A stretch of 64,000 nt of DNA, from the IMG/VR virus record IMGVR_UViG_3300019926_000016; one strand, given 5' to 3'. The notes beneath the pieces were generated by a model. That model was not told the DNA's origin. It worked only from the letters and a program-made list of their open reading frames with translations, and searched no databases. This DNA comes from a virus. This document shows positions 55,528 to 64,000 of this stretch, piece after piece. How positions within the stretch are numbered: position 1 is the stretch's first letter; each line of letters starts with the position of its first letter. The translations under genes were made by a program, and so were the position numbers.

Positions 55528-56838
55528 TTATCCGCCGTTCCCGATGGTAACGGTGTTCTCGATGAACCGAAGCGGTTCAACAAGGTCAACCTGCATCTCC
55601 AGTCCGGCAGTCACCGCGTCTTCCTTCAGAACGTTGACTTCGTAACTGATGACGACGTTCGACTCTTGAAGTTGGGTCAACTGTTCACTGACCATCCCTT
55701 CGAGCGTGTTGCGAACAGTCGCACTGTTCAACTTTCCAATGAAGGGCTTCTGATTGTCGCGGGTAGTCTCGATAATGTAGTCAGCGACGAGACGGTTGAA
55801 GCCGTACTTCAGGTTGCCTTCATCTGTGTTGGAGTCCGAGACGGTCGTGGGGTCATCCACGATACGAACACCGCGTGCCTCGTCAGCAAGCGGAACAACC
55901 TGATTGTCTATCAGACTGCCTCTCTGTGCGCGATTCATCGAGTCGGCTTGGAAACCAGCAATCCGCTTGTTCGTACTCAGACGCTTGTTGATAGGCGTCG
56001 TGTCAAGACCGAGTTGGGCCTTGAAACCAACATAGGCCGCCACAGCAGAAGTCTTGTCCTCGAACCGAGTCGGATAGACAACTTGAGTCCGGCTGTCGTC
56101 GTACTGTTGGGTGAAGTTGCTGGTATCGGAAACGTGGATGTCAGCCCCACCAACGGCAAGGGCAAGGTCGTAGTCTTCTTCCATATTCCCGACAGTAAGG
56201 TTCGCATCGTCCACAACATCTTGATTCTCCGAGAGCGGAGTCAAGAAGTCGATAACGTCAGGAACCTTGTCAACCATCACGTCAATCCCGCCGGAATAAT
56301 CGAAGTGGTCGTAACTGATGTCCAAAGAAGTGGACGGAACAGCGTTCACTTCAACCTTCCCACGAACGGGATTGACGTAACACTCGCCAGTTTTCGGAGA
56401 GTAGGTCGAAACGTCGTCGTAGACGATATTCGGAGTCTGGTCGGTCCCATCCAGAGAGACAGTTACATCATCCGCGTCTTCTCTTATCGGGGCGTTATCG
56501 AGTTCAACCGTAGTGCTGGAAGCACTCGAATGGTCTTCATCAGTAACCGAAGTCGCTTCGGCAACTGCGGCATAGACCGGGTACGCGTCTTCATTGAGAG
56601 CGTCAATAACGCCCTGCGTAAGAAGACTCGAATCTTTCGGGCCGAACCATTCGACCGCTTTGGAAGCGCGGGTTACTTGATAGACTTTGCTGGTGTCAGC
56701 CGGACTGGTCGCGTTAGCGAGGTCTGCCTGACCAACGATACCGAGATTACTGGGAGCCTCACCAGAAGTCGGCACTGCCGCCGAAGAGGTAAGGTCAGTA
56801 ATAATACCGGGTTCTTGATTGTCGCCGTAAGTAGTCAT
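55528..56838 (-). CDS. contractile tail sheath protein
   Basis: PGIITD..S, VEWFGP.S.L, C-terminal RLVADYI...FIGKLN...LVEPLRFI. Confidence 0.9.
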   Translation of the reverse strand: MTTYGDNQEPGIITDLTSSAAVPTSGEAPSNLGIVGQADLANATSPADTSKVYQVTRASKAVEWFGPKDSSLLTQGVIDALNEDAYPVYAAVAEATSVTDEDHSSASSTTVELDNAPIREDADDVTVSLDGTDQTPNIVYDDVSTYSPKTGECYVNPVRGKVEVNAVPSTSLDISYDHFDYSGGIDVMVDKVPDVIDFLTPLSENQDVVDDANLTVGNMEEDYDLALAVGGADIHVSDTSNFTQQYDDSRTQVVYPTRFEDKTSAVAAYVGFKAQLGLDTTPINKRLSTNKRIAGFQADSMNRAQRGSLIDNQVVPLADEARGVRIVDDPTTVSDSNTDEGNLKYGFNRLVADYIIETTRDNQKPFIGKLNSATVRNTLEGMVSEQLTQLQESNVVISYEVNVLKEDAVTAGLEMQVDLVEPLRFIENTVTIGNGG

Positions 56839-56853
56839 ATTGAATTACTGAGA

Positions 56854-57405
56854 TTACGGATTGAAACTGAAGTTCTTCTCGACAGTTTCGATTGTATCCG
56901 TCTGCGTGTCTGCATCGCCGTTGTCGTTGTCCGGTGGGGTGAGAACAACAGTGTGGTCGCCGTAGAACCGTGCGGATAGTTTCAGTTCATTTTCTTTCGG
57001 TTCTGTAAAAGTGTAAGACGGGCTTCCGCCCCCACCGATTCTACACTGTTTCAGTTCTTCGTGAAACGCTTGCGGGCGGTCACGAATCAACCGAAGAAGA
57101 TTCTTTACACGGTCTTTCAATCGAGTAACATCTACTTCGTCTTGATGACGAACTTCAAATTCGACTCGTGTGACGAAATCGAAATTCAGGTATCGCTCGT
57201 AGTTTACCGACACATCATCGTTGAAGTCACCCACAGCCTCACCAGCAAACGGTGAATTGTGGTAGTTGAAATCATTCGTATTCCAGTCATCTATGATTAC
57301 AGACGGAACGGGTCGTTCGTCTTCTAAACCAGAAGTACGAACCGCTTCGTCTATGTTGTCAGAGAGATGTGACTGGATACTGCTGATTAGTGTTTTTTCA
57401 TCCAT
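56854..57405 (-). CDS. tail terminator/completion protein
   Basis: Position before the sheath; size. Confidence 0.6.
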   Translation of the reverse strand: MDEKTLISSIQSHLSDNIDEAVRTSGLEDERPVPSVIIDDWNTNDFNYHNSPFAGEAVGDFNDDVSVNYERYLNFDFVTRVEFEVRHQDEVDVTRLKDRVKNLLRLIRDRPQAFHEELKQCRIGGGGSPSYTFTEPKENELKLSARFYGDHTVVLTPPDNDNGDADTQTDTIETVEKNFSFNP

Positions 57406-57413
57406 TGAAGAGA

Positions 57414-58016
57414 TTACTTCAGACCAGCGGCACGAAGTTCACGCCGCATATGTTTCTCGACTTTCTGTTTTACCAATCGAGGACCAACTTGTTCGAGATA
57501 CTGTTCAGTCGTCTCCATAAACCCAATGCCCGGATAGCCCTCATTTTCGAGTTTGCCTTTTACAGCAAACGCGGTCAGAACGAGAGCAGGACTATACCTA
57601 CCTGCAAGAGCCTCTAACTCAGGATTCCATTCGCCAACATCTGCTTCAGCGGCTTTTTCCTGAGTATCACCGTCAGGTACTAACTTCGCATCTACCCACG
57701 GGATAATATCTTGGACTTCAGGGTTCGAACCGGGCTTCAGTCCCCGCTCGACAATTCCTGCGTGTGGAGCATCGTTTTCTATTTTGCCCTTCCAGCGGTA
57801 GTACCTGTTAAATGAATTTTCACTGGTACTAAATCCTTGTTTGACCGTTCCTCGCCAAACACGTTCCGAGAGCATTACAACGTCTTTAGCCTTATTTTCA
57901 CCTTCATCCAGCATCCAATTACCCGCATCTTCAAGGCCGCTTTTCAGTCCACTACTAAGTGCAGGTGCAACACGGTCTTCGCCTTCGATGTCAATTTCTA
58001 ATTCAATGTCACCCAT
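57414..58016 (-). CDS. neck protein (HK97 gp10-like)
   Basis: NDAPHAGIVERG motif; position. Confidence 0.65.
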   Translation of the reverse strand: MGDIELEIDIEGEDRVAPALSSGLKSGLEDAGNWMLDEGENKAKDVVMLSERVWRGTVKQGFSTSENSFNRYYRWKGKIENDAPHAGIVERGLKPGSNPEVQDIIPWVDAKLVPDGDTQEKAAEADVGEWNPELEALAGRYSPALVLTAFAVKGKLENEGYPGIGFMETTEQYLEQVGPRLVKQKVEKHMRRELRAAGLK

Positions 58017-58018
58017 CG

Positions 58019-58387
58019 CTATTCACCGTTCTCGTCGTGGATAATTGGTTCAGCGAAAAATTCAACGTGAGTATCGTACCGAGTATGGGCTTTTACCTCA
58101 TACTCTTGGTCTGCATATAAGATGTGGTCTTCAGGTGAAGGTGGGTCAGGTTGGTCTTCAGTATTCGGAACAATAAATACCGGACGGTCCCGATTTCTGT
58201 CTCCAACGTTAGACTCTATCTGTGTATTTCTGTTCGGGTAGGTTTGAAACGCGATTACTTTTCGGTCCTCGGTGTACGTGTCGGTCGTATTGCCAAATTC
58301 GTTCTGTCCGGTTTCAGAACGAGATTTAACTATTGCCTCACGTCCCAATCGAAAAATCTGCGCTACGATTTGGCGTCGGTACGTCAT
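58019..58387 (-). CDS. head closure / head-tail adaptor
   Basis: QNEFGN...DHILYADQEYEV; position. Confidence 0.65.
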   Translation of the reverse strand: MTYRRQIVAQIFRLGREAIVKSRSETGQNEFGNTTDTYTEDRKVIAFQTYPNRNTQIESNVGDRNRDRPVFIVPNTEDQPDPPSPEDHILYADQEYEVKAHTRYDTHVEFFAEPIIHDENGE

Positions 58388-58851
58388 ACATCAGTATCCG
58401 TATCGGCTTCTGTCCCACCAGACTGCTGTTCAACGAATCCATCGGCCTCATATTGTCTTCCACTTCGAGAAGGGGCGGAGGCGCGAATGATGTTCGAAGA
58501 TTTAAGAGACTGAAGTGAAGCCATCGCGTTCCGATACCAAGTAGTAACTTCGTCGTTGTCTTTTGCAAGAAGCGATTTGGTATCAACAGCACCGACCTGA
58601 ATCTCTTGCGAATCAAGTTCCCCGACCTGTATTTTAGTGAATAGACAGGTAAACCAGAACAGGGCCTCTTGTGCTTCCGGCACTTCCGGGTCGAACCAGT
58701 TGTAATCTGGACCGATTGCCTTCTTTACACGGATATGACGTTTTGCGTTTCGGTAAGCAGTATCGAGGCCGTCGTGTGAAAGTGCAAGAGTGGAAGTGTA
58801 GCCGGTCATCTCTCGCACATCTTCTTTTAGTTCTGATTTTGTGGAAAGCAT
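58384..58851 (-). CDS. head-tail connector protein
   Basis: Position right after the MCP; size. Confidence 0.6.
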   Translation of the reverse strand: MLSTKSELKEDVREMTGYTSTLALSHDGLDTAYRNAKRHIRVKKAIGPDYNWFDPEVPEAQEALFWFTCLFTKIQVGELDSQEIQVGAVDTKSLLAKDNDEVTTWYRNAMASLQSLKSSNIIRASAPSRSGRQYEADGFVEQQSGGTEADTDTDV

Positions 58852-58880
58852 AATAACTTCAAGACGGCCTCAATGGGCCT

Positions 58881-59846
58881 TTACTTCAGTTCGGTCGCTT
58901 TGACTTCGACAGCCGCAAGCGGGTCAGCCATACGGCAACCGTAGTCAGCCTGCGCGTTCGCACCGAGAAGGTCGCCGGGCGACCGGACCATCGCACCGTT
59001 CGGTCGCGTGACCTGAACGGGACGGTCTTCGAGGAACTTGATAGGCGACTCGTTCTGCGCCTGCGTGACGTAGAACTTGTCACCAGTCATCCACGGCGAC
59101 TCGACCAGCCGAACGCCGTCGATAACGATGTCAAGGTCTTGAACGTCAGCAGACCGCATACCGTTCGCCATCGGGACGTGATACTGCGCGTCCCACGAAA
59201 TCTCGTCCTTCAGCGCACGCTTGAAGGAATTGGAGACGAGCGCAACGAACGGACCCTCCATCCCGTGATGGGTCAGTTCGCGCTTGGCCTCTTCGATGTG
59301 TTCGTGCGGCTCGTAGGCCGTGTCGTCAGTGCCGTCGTCATCGAAGAGACTGTCAGTGTCGTTGAAAACGTGGCTGTGGTTATTACTGAAACTGTACTCG
59401 CCGTAGTCCTTGATGTCGTACCAAGCACCAGAACCGTCGATAATGCCGTTCTGAAGCGTGGTGTAGATAAGTTGTTCCTCGGTGTTCTTCGCACCCGACA
59501 GAAGACGCCGGAGCTTGCGAAGAATCTCATCCGAAGGAGTGCGCCGGATGAACTTCTGCGACATTCCAAGAGATTTGCTGTACGTCGTGGAACGAATCGT
59601 CATCCACTTGCCGTCAGGGTCGTCAGCACGCATCGAACGCGGCTGTTCGCCTTCCGAAAGCTCGTCCCAGTACACATCGTCCTGTTCTGCTTCCTGATAG
59701 AAGGTCTGCTCCGAGACAGTCTCCGCGAACATCTCGCGGAAAGGCTTCTCGGCGTCGTTGTAGCGGTCGAAGAGCGTGTGCGCCTTCTCCAGAAGGTCGT
59801 CAATGTCCACACCGTCAGCAGTGTGAAGTTCGTGTCGAATTGCCAT
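58881..59846 (-). CDS. major capsid protein (HK97 fold)
   Basis: 321 aa with strong codon bias; C-terminal DYGCRMADPLAAVEV; position. Confidence 0.85.
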   Translation of the reverse strand: MAIRHELHTADGVDIDDLLEKAHTLFDRYNDAEKPFREMFAETVSEQTFYQEAEQDDVYWDELSEGEQPRSMRADDPDGKWMTIRSTTYSKSLGMSQKFIRRTPSDEILRKLRRLLSGAKNTEEQLIYTTLQNGIIDGSGAWYDIKDYGEYSFSNNHSHVFNDTDSLFDDDGTDDTAYEPHEHIEEAKRELTHHGMEGPFVALVSNSFKRALKDEISWDAQYHVPMANGMRSADVQDLDIVIDGVRLVESPWMTGDKFYVTQAQNESPIKFLEDRPVQVTRPNGAMVRSPGDLLGANAQADYGCRMADPLAAVEVKATELK

Positions 59847-59884
59847 TGTAGTATTTTAAAGAGTTATGTCGTCAGTTTAGAGTC

Positions 59885-60439
59885 TTAGGCCACCGTATGG
59901 TAGTCAGCATCGACTTCGAGGAAGATACGGTCCTTCGAGACATTCTGCGGGTTCACGCCGTCATCCATCGTGGTACACGCAACGCCAAGAACCTGCACCG
60001 CTTCACCGGAAGTGGAAGGCTCAGTCTGCGTGAAGCCACCGCCAACGTCGAGATACACCGGCTCACCGGGCGTGAAGTCAGTGTCATCATCGTCGTTGAC
60101 CATCTCGATACCGCTTCGAACGACCGTCGCTCGGTCGCCCGCAAGCGTTCGCTCTTCTCGATAGATGCCTTCCTCAACGTGGTCCCACGGATGTTGGGTA
60201 ACGTTCGAGAGGTCAGCAGGCATCACTTCACGCGGGAAGAGAACACCAACAGCCTGAACAGGCCCGTTGCCTGCATCGTTGGCGTCAGCGGCGGCGTCAG
60301 CACGGACAAGTTGAGGCGGGTCCACAGAGTTGTCGATGCCGACAGGAACGCCCTGATTTTCGCCAGTAACCTGAACGTTGTCGATGCCGGTACGGTTGAG
60401 AGGCTGTTCCTCACCAGTCGCAATGTTGAAATCAGTCAT
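59885..60439 (-). CDS. capsid decoration/cement protein
   Basis: FTPGEPVYLDVGGGFTQTEP...QVLGVA; directly upstream of the MCP. Confidence 0.7.
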   Translation of the reverse strand: MTDFNIATGEEQPLNRTGIDNVQVTGENQGVPVGIDNSVDPPQLVRADAAADANDAGNGPVQAVGVLFPREVMPADLSNVTQHPWDHVEEGIYREERTLAGDRATVVRSGIEMVNDDDDTDFTPGEPVYLDVGGGFTQTEPSTSGEAVQVLGVACTTMDDGVNPQNVSKDRIFLEVDADYHTVA

Positions 60440-60458
60440 TGGTTGTCTTTAGAAAGTT

Positions 60459-60905
60459 TCAGTCGAGGTTGACGCCCTGCATCTCCGAAATCTGGTCGTC
60501 AACGAAGTCGGCGTCATCCTCTTCGTCCACATTGGGAGACTTCTTACCGAAGTCCTCGAAGTCTTCGTCATCATCTTCGGACTCAGACTCTTCAGTCTCG
60601 TCCGAAACGAATTCCTGCCAATCACGGAGGTCGCTGAAATCAGCGTCTTCCAGCGTATCTTCCGTGACCGGAACATCCTCGAAGGCTTCCGCCTCGGTGA
60701 TGTCTTCGATAAGCGAGGCACGAGCGTCCTCGAAGTCTTCGATAGTCTCTTCATCAACGTCGTCCAGAGTTTCAGCCGCCTTCTCAAACTCAGCGACGTT
60801 GGATTCCTGTGCGTCTTCGAACTTCCCGACAATCTCGCGCAGTTCATCTGCGTCGAAATCAGCAAGCTCACCGTCGTAATTAACCCTATTGAAATTAAGG
60901 TCCAT
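60459..60905 (-). CDS. scaffolding protein candidate
   Basis: Extremely acidic and helical; between protease and decoration genes. Confidence 0.6.
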   Translation of the reverse strand: MDLNFNRVNYDGELADFDADELREIVGKFEDAQESNVAEFEKAAETLDDVDEETIEDFEDARASLIEDITEAEAFEDVPVTEDTLEDADFSDLRDWQEFVSDETEESESEDDDEDFEDFGKKSPNVDEEDDADFVDDQISEMQGVNLD

Positions 60906-60907
60906 AG

Positions 60908-61621
60908 TTAGAATTGAATTGTTTCCGTATCTACTGCAAAGTCTTCCGCCGCTGAGTTCTCGTCAGGACTATCCTCGTCGTCCCCTGAGTCATCAAACTC
61001 AACTGTGGCCTCTTCAACAGCTTCCGCAAACGCGGCATTGACACCACCCTCGTCGTAACCGCCGGGGAAATTCACAGTCGAAAACTCTCGGAACTTCCCA
61101 TCAACCATCTCCGGTTCTCCTTCATCATTCATCGCGGCTTCATAATTACTACCGAAGCCAAGAGAACCATCACGAATTTCCGGCGGTTCGTGGGTGTACC
61201 GTGCTATTGCTTCCTGATGATTCTGCGACCCCTCAATGTTCGGAGTCCGAGTCATCAAGAAGAACTTGTTCAGCCTCTCAGAGAACCACTTTTCTCGAAC
61301 TTCCCCAATCCGCGCCCAACTGTTTTTGTCTTCGTGGTCTTTCAGATGCGGGGGCGGAGAAGCGTATTCCTTTCTCGCCACCTTATCGAGGAAGTCCGTA
61401 GTAATCCGAATACCATTACGGTCTTCAGGAGGACCGGGTTCCATTGCGGCAAATATTACGTCAACGCTCTCAAGTTCTCCGTGTTCGTTTGTGTTTTCTC
61501 GAACACCAAACTCATTGAATCCGGTGCCGACCCGTTCTGCAAATTCCTGATGCGAAAAATCAATTTCATCATCAGGAGTAGAAGCACTGAAGAATAGGTC
61601 TTCTTCAATTTCGAATGTCAT
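60908..61621 (-). CDS. prohead maturation protease
   Basis: HLKDH...ARIGEV, DGSLGF, REFSTVNFPG. Confidence 0.75.
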   Translation of the reverse strand: MTFEIEEDLFFSASTPDDEIDFSHQEFAERVGTGFNEFGVRENTNEHGELESVDVIFAAMEPGPPEDRNGIRITTDFLDKVARKEYASPPPHLKDHEDKNSWARIGEVREKWFSERLNKFFLMTRTPNIEGSQNHQEAIARYTHEPPEIRDGSLGFGSNYEAAMNDEGEPEMVDGKFREFSTVNFPGGYDEGGVNAAFAEAVEEATVEFDDSGDDEDSPDENSAAEDFAVDTETIQF

Positions 61622-61627
61622 TGTGTA

Positions 61628-61897
61628 TTAAAATGGATTAAGACGGCTTAGTTTATCAGAAATCCAGAGAAGAACACTACCCAGTCCAACTGTTACGCCA
61701 TTGATGATAACAGTATTTCGTCTGACCTTGTTTTGAAGGTCATTGATGTCGCTTTGGTTTTGAGCTACGTCTTCGTTGATGTCTTCCAGAGATTTTTGAA
61801 TACTCCGCGTTCGTTCCGCGATTGCTCCTAACTGTGCGTTACTCCCTTGAACCTCGTTATGTATTTCATCAAGTTGGTCGTGTTCAGAATCGTCCAT
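61628..61897 (-). CDS. coiled-coil protein with C-terminal TM segment
   Basis: Heptad-rich N-terminus, hydrophobic C-terminus. Confidence 0.65.
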   Translation of the reverse strand: MDDSEHDQLDEIHNEVQGSNAQLGAIAERTRSIQKSLEDINEDVAQNQSDINDLQNKVRRNTVIINGVTVGLGSVLLWISDKLSRLNPF

Positions 61898-61903
61898 AAA
61901 TAA

Positions 61904-63448
61904 TTAGTCTTCATCCTCTGCGATTGACTTCTTATTTCGACCCGAAGAAGAATCTTCACCGGGGTCTTGTCGAGAAGTCACTTCGCCGCCTGCCGACTCA
62001 GAACCACCTTCTGTATCAGTCGGACTTCCGCCTTTCGGGTTCTGAATATCATCTCCTTTTTGTGCAAGCGCACTCAGGTTATCCAGATGATTTCCAGATT
62101 CCCAAAACGAAGGTACTTCATCAGGTTCAATACCAGCACGTTCTGCGAACGCTTCAGGCGTCAACAGTCCATTGTTGAAGAGATTGAGCAACTTGTCAAT
62201 CTCAAGCCTCTTTTCAGCAGAACTGTGTTCACCGAATTGAAACTCGGGAACGGTGGCATCAATCTCAGTGTCGAGTCCGGCACTACCAGTTAACAGACTC
62301 ATTAGAATCTGCGACTCGACAGCCGACTTGACTCGATTTTGAAGGCGGTTGACTCGTCGTTTGAATGAAGGCATCGTCGCGGTCGCCTCTCCCTGACCGC
62401 CAATGTCCATATTCATCAGGACACGCGGAACGCCAAGCCCAGTGATGACACGATTCTCGAAGTGCTTGAACGTATCTTCGAGGCGCATCGCACCAGCAGT
62501 CGAAGAAGTAGAAGTCGTACCAACAACTTCGGTATCAACGTCGTGCGGAGCGGCCAACATCGTATCAGGTTGGATGCTTTCTACGTTGTCCATCCACGCC
62601 TGAACTTGGTCTTCAGTCCAATTATGGTCTTCATCGCCAAGTTTCCAGAGAATCGGAGGATACGCTTTCGTAGCGATGAAACGAGCGTAGTCAATTTCCA
62701 TATCCCGAAGCATATCTGCTTGCTCCGCGATAGGTTCGATAAGCGAACGCCCAAAGTCGTCTTGCGGTGTCTTGAAAAAGTACAACTCCGCTATTTCGTG
62801 TGGTTCGTACTTTATACCAGTCGTACCCGTTTCACCGCTTCCAGAAGACGTGCCTTCGGGGGTCTGAAGGCGATAGAACTTCAGATTGCCGTATTTGTCT
62901 TCTTTTCGCTCCATCATCTTCGTCGGGAGCAGTTTGGGTTTGAACTGGCCGTCTTCAACGACCAATTCCATAAATGCGTGTCCGTCTATCGCCGCATATT
63001 GAACCCAATCAACGAAGACGCTCCAGAAATCAGATGCTTCGAGAAGACGACGGAGTTTCGAGACTGGGGCTTCATTGCCGTCTTGATTCTCCGAATCAGG
63101 CATCGCGGCTTGAGAACCAGAATCTTCTTCGGTCGGCATCGAGGCCTCGGATTCAGTATCCGGGTCCATCGGAGCCTGATAAGACCGACGTGAAAGATTG
63201 AAACCATCACCAACAACCCAGTCGATAATGGTCATTACCGCTTCTTTTACGTGTGGGTCCGTGTAGGCAATATCACGATGTTCATCAATCGTGTCTTCCG
63301 GTGCTGAAGTAGCCCGTTCTCCACCAACAGAAGTCCCACCACCAGTGTCGCTACGGATGACACCTTTTGGGGATTCAGTATAGAAATCTGCATTTTCTCC
63401 ATCGGAAACCTGCGGGTCTACGAAATTTTTGTCTTCTTCTGTTGTCAT
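61904..63448 (-). CDS. portal protein
   Basis: AAIDGHAFMELV, DDFGRSLIEPI, ITGLGVPRVLM; follows the terminase. Confidence 0.88.
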   Translation of the reverse strand: MTTEEDKNFVDPQVSDGENADFYTESPKGVIRSDTGGGTSVGGERATSAPEDTIDEHRDIAYTDPHVKEAVMTIIDWVVGDGFNLSRRSYQAPMDPDTESEASMPTEEDSGSQAAMPDSENQDGNEAPVSKLRRLLEASDFWSVFVDWVQYAAIDGHAFMELVVEDGQFKPKLLPTKMMERKEDKYGNLKFYRLQTPEGTSSGSGETGTTGIKYEPHEIAELYFFKTPQDDFGRSLIEPIAEQADMLRDMEIDYARFIATKAYPPILWKLGDEDHNWTEDQVQAWMDNVESIQPDTMLAAPHDVDTEVVGTTSTSSTAGAMRLEDTFKHFENRVITGLGVPRVLMNMDIGGQGEATATMPSFKRRVNRLQNRVKSAVESQILMSLLTGSAGLDTEIDATVPEFQFGEHSSAEKRLEIDKLLNLFNNGLLTPEAFAERAGIEPDEVPSFWESGNHLDNLSALAQKGDDIQNPKGGSPTDTEGGSESAGGEVTSRQDPGEDSSSGRNKKSIAEDED

Positions 63449-64000
63449 TATCGAGAGTGCCTACGTTTGTAACGTCGATTCGGAGTATTGTTGCGTTTTA
63501 TCGCTCCAAATCCAGTTTTCGTCGTTTTCTGCTCTTGAACGTCTCGTCTGTTCTCCCCACCAGAAATCATCTGCCGGAAACCATCATCACTGGTTCCTTC
63601 AGTCGTCTCAAAATCATCATCAGCGTGTCCAGAGACGTTTTTCCGCTGATGTGGTTCCGTATTCCGTTCAACGTCGAAATTCGGCGGATACGCACCAAGA
63701 ACCAACGCCATTGCAAGGTCGTCTTTGCCGTTCGGAGCGTGTTTCTTCCCCGAGAATTTGGCCTTAGACGTTTCGTGACGTTGTTCCTTAACAATCGCTT
63801 CGAGTTGTCCTTTGATTTTCTTATCAGGAACCAACGTCAGCAAATCATTGTGGAGAGCATAGTTGAAATCGCCCATCATCCGGGCAATCTCATCTTTGTC
63901 GCTGAAGTTGAATCCAATTGCTCGCTTCCCGAGTCGGGCTTCAACCTCTTTCTGAAATCCTTTCCCCGGCCCGGTCTTGTCAAGATACACCCTATCGACT
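63448..64000 (-). CDS. terL: terminase large subunit, C-terminal nuclease part (partial)
   Basis: LDKTGPG...GKDDLAMALVLG RNase H-like motifs; frame runs off the window. Confidence 0.85.
   Translation of the reverse strand, partial: VDRVYLDKTGPGKGFQKEVEARLGKRAIGFNFSDKDEIARMMGDFNYALHNDLLTLVPDKKIKGQLEAIVKEQRHETSKAKFSGKKHAPNGKDDLAMALVLGAYPPNFDVERNTEPHQRKNVSGHADDDFETTEGTSDDGFRQMISGGENRRDVQEQKTTKTGFGAIKRNNTPNRRYKRRHSR

Noticed and set aside
55666-56979. 437-aa ORF on the + strand
   Set aside because: Antisense shadow of the tail sheath gene
45183-64000. Additional hammerheads on the - strand in the late operon
   Set aside because: No reverse-complement GGGCGAAA...CTGANGA arrangement found by eye; a covariance-model search is needed to exclude divergent copies
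1-64000. Assignment to a named virus or genus
   Set aside because: Gene content recalls HF1/HF2-like haloarchaeal myoviruses, but identity cannot be established without sequence comparison

Overview
The window is a large part of a haloarchaeal tailed-virus genome with a contractile tail (myovirus morphotype). This call rests on the acidic proteome, the many small CxxC zinc-finger ORFs, and the presence of tail-sheath and baseplate genes. There are three blocks. (1) 1-17.1 kb, + strand: early/accessory genes, including an SprT-like protease, a 922-aa GHKL ATPase, a dUTPase and a DinG/XPD helicase. (2) 17.1-44.8 kb: a tyrosine integrase beside a tRNA-3'-end att-like site, a small regulatory module, a tRNA/ncRNA island, and replication and nucleotide-metabolism genes. 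These include an NTPase/helicase, an AEP primase, a Cas4-like nuclease, Dcd, ThyX, a PolB gene split by an HNH gene, and RtcB. (3) 45.2-64 kb, - strand: the morphogenesis operon, from the terminase C-terminus to the tail fibre. The most striking signal is non-coding. Five intergenic repeats fold as type II hammerhead ribozymes with a covarying pseudoknot and an invariant stem II, each 65-93 nt ahead of a start codon. The same genome encodes RtcB, the ligase that joins the 2',3'-cyclic-phosphate and 5'-OH ends that hammerheads make. This suggests a viral cut-and-religate system for RNA processing or circularisation, which is inference and untested. All calls are from motif recognition by eye; no searches or folding programs were run.
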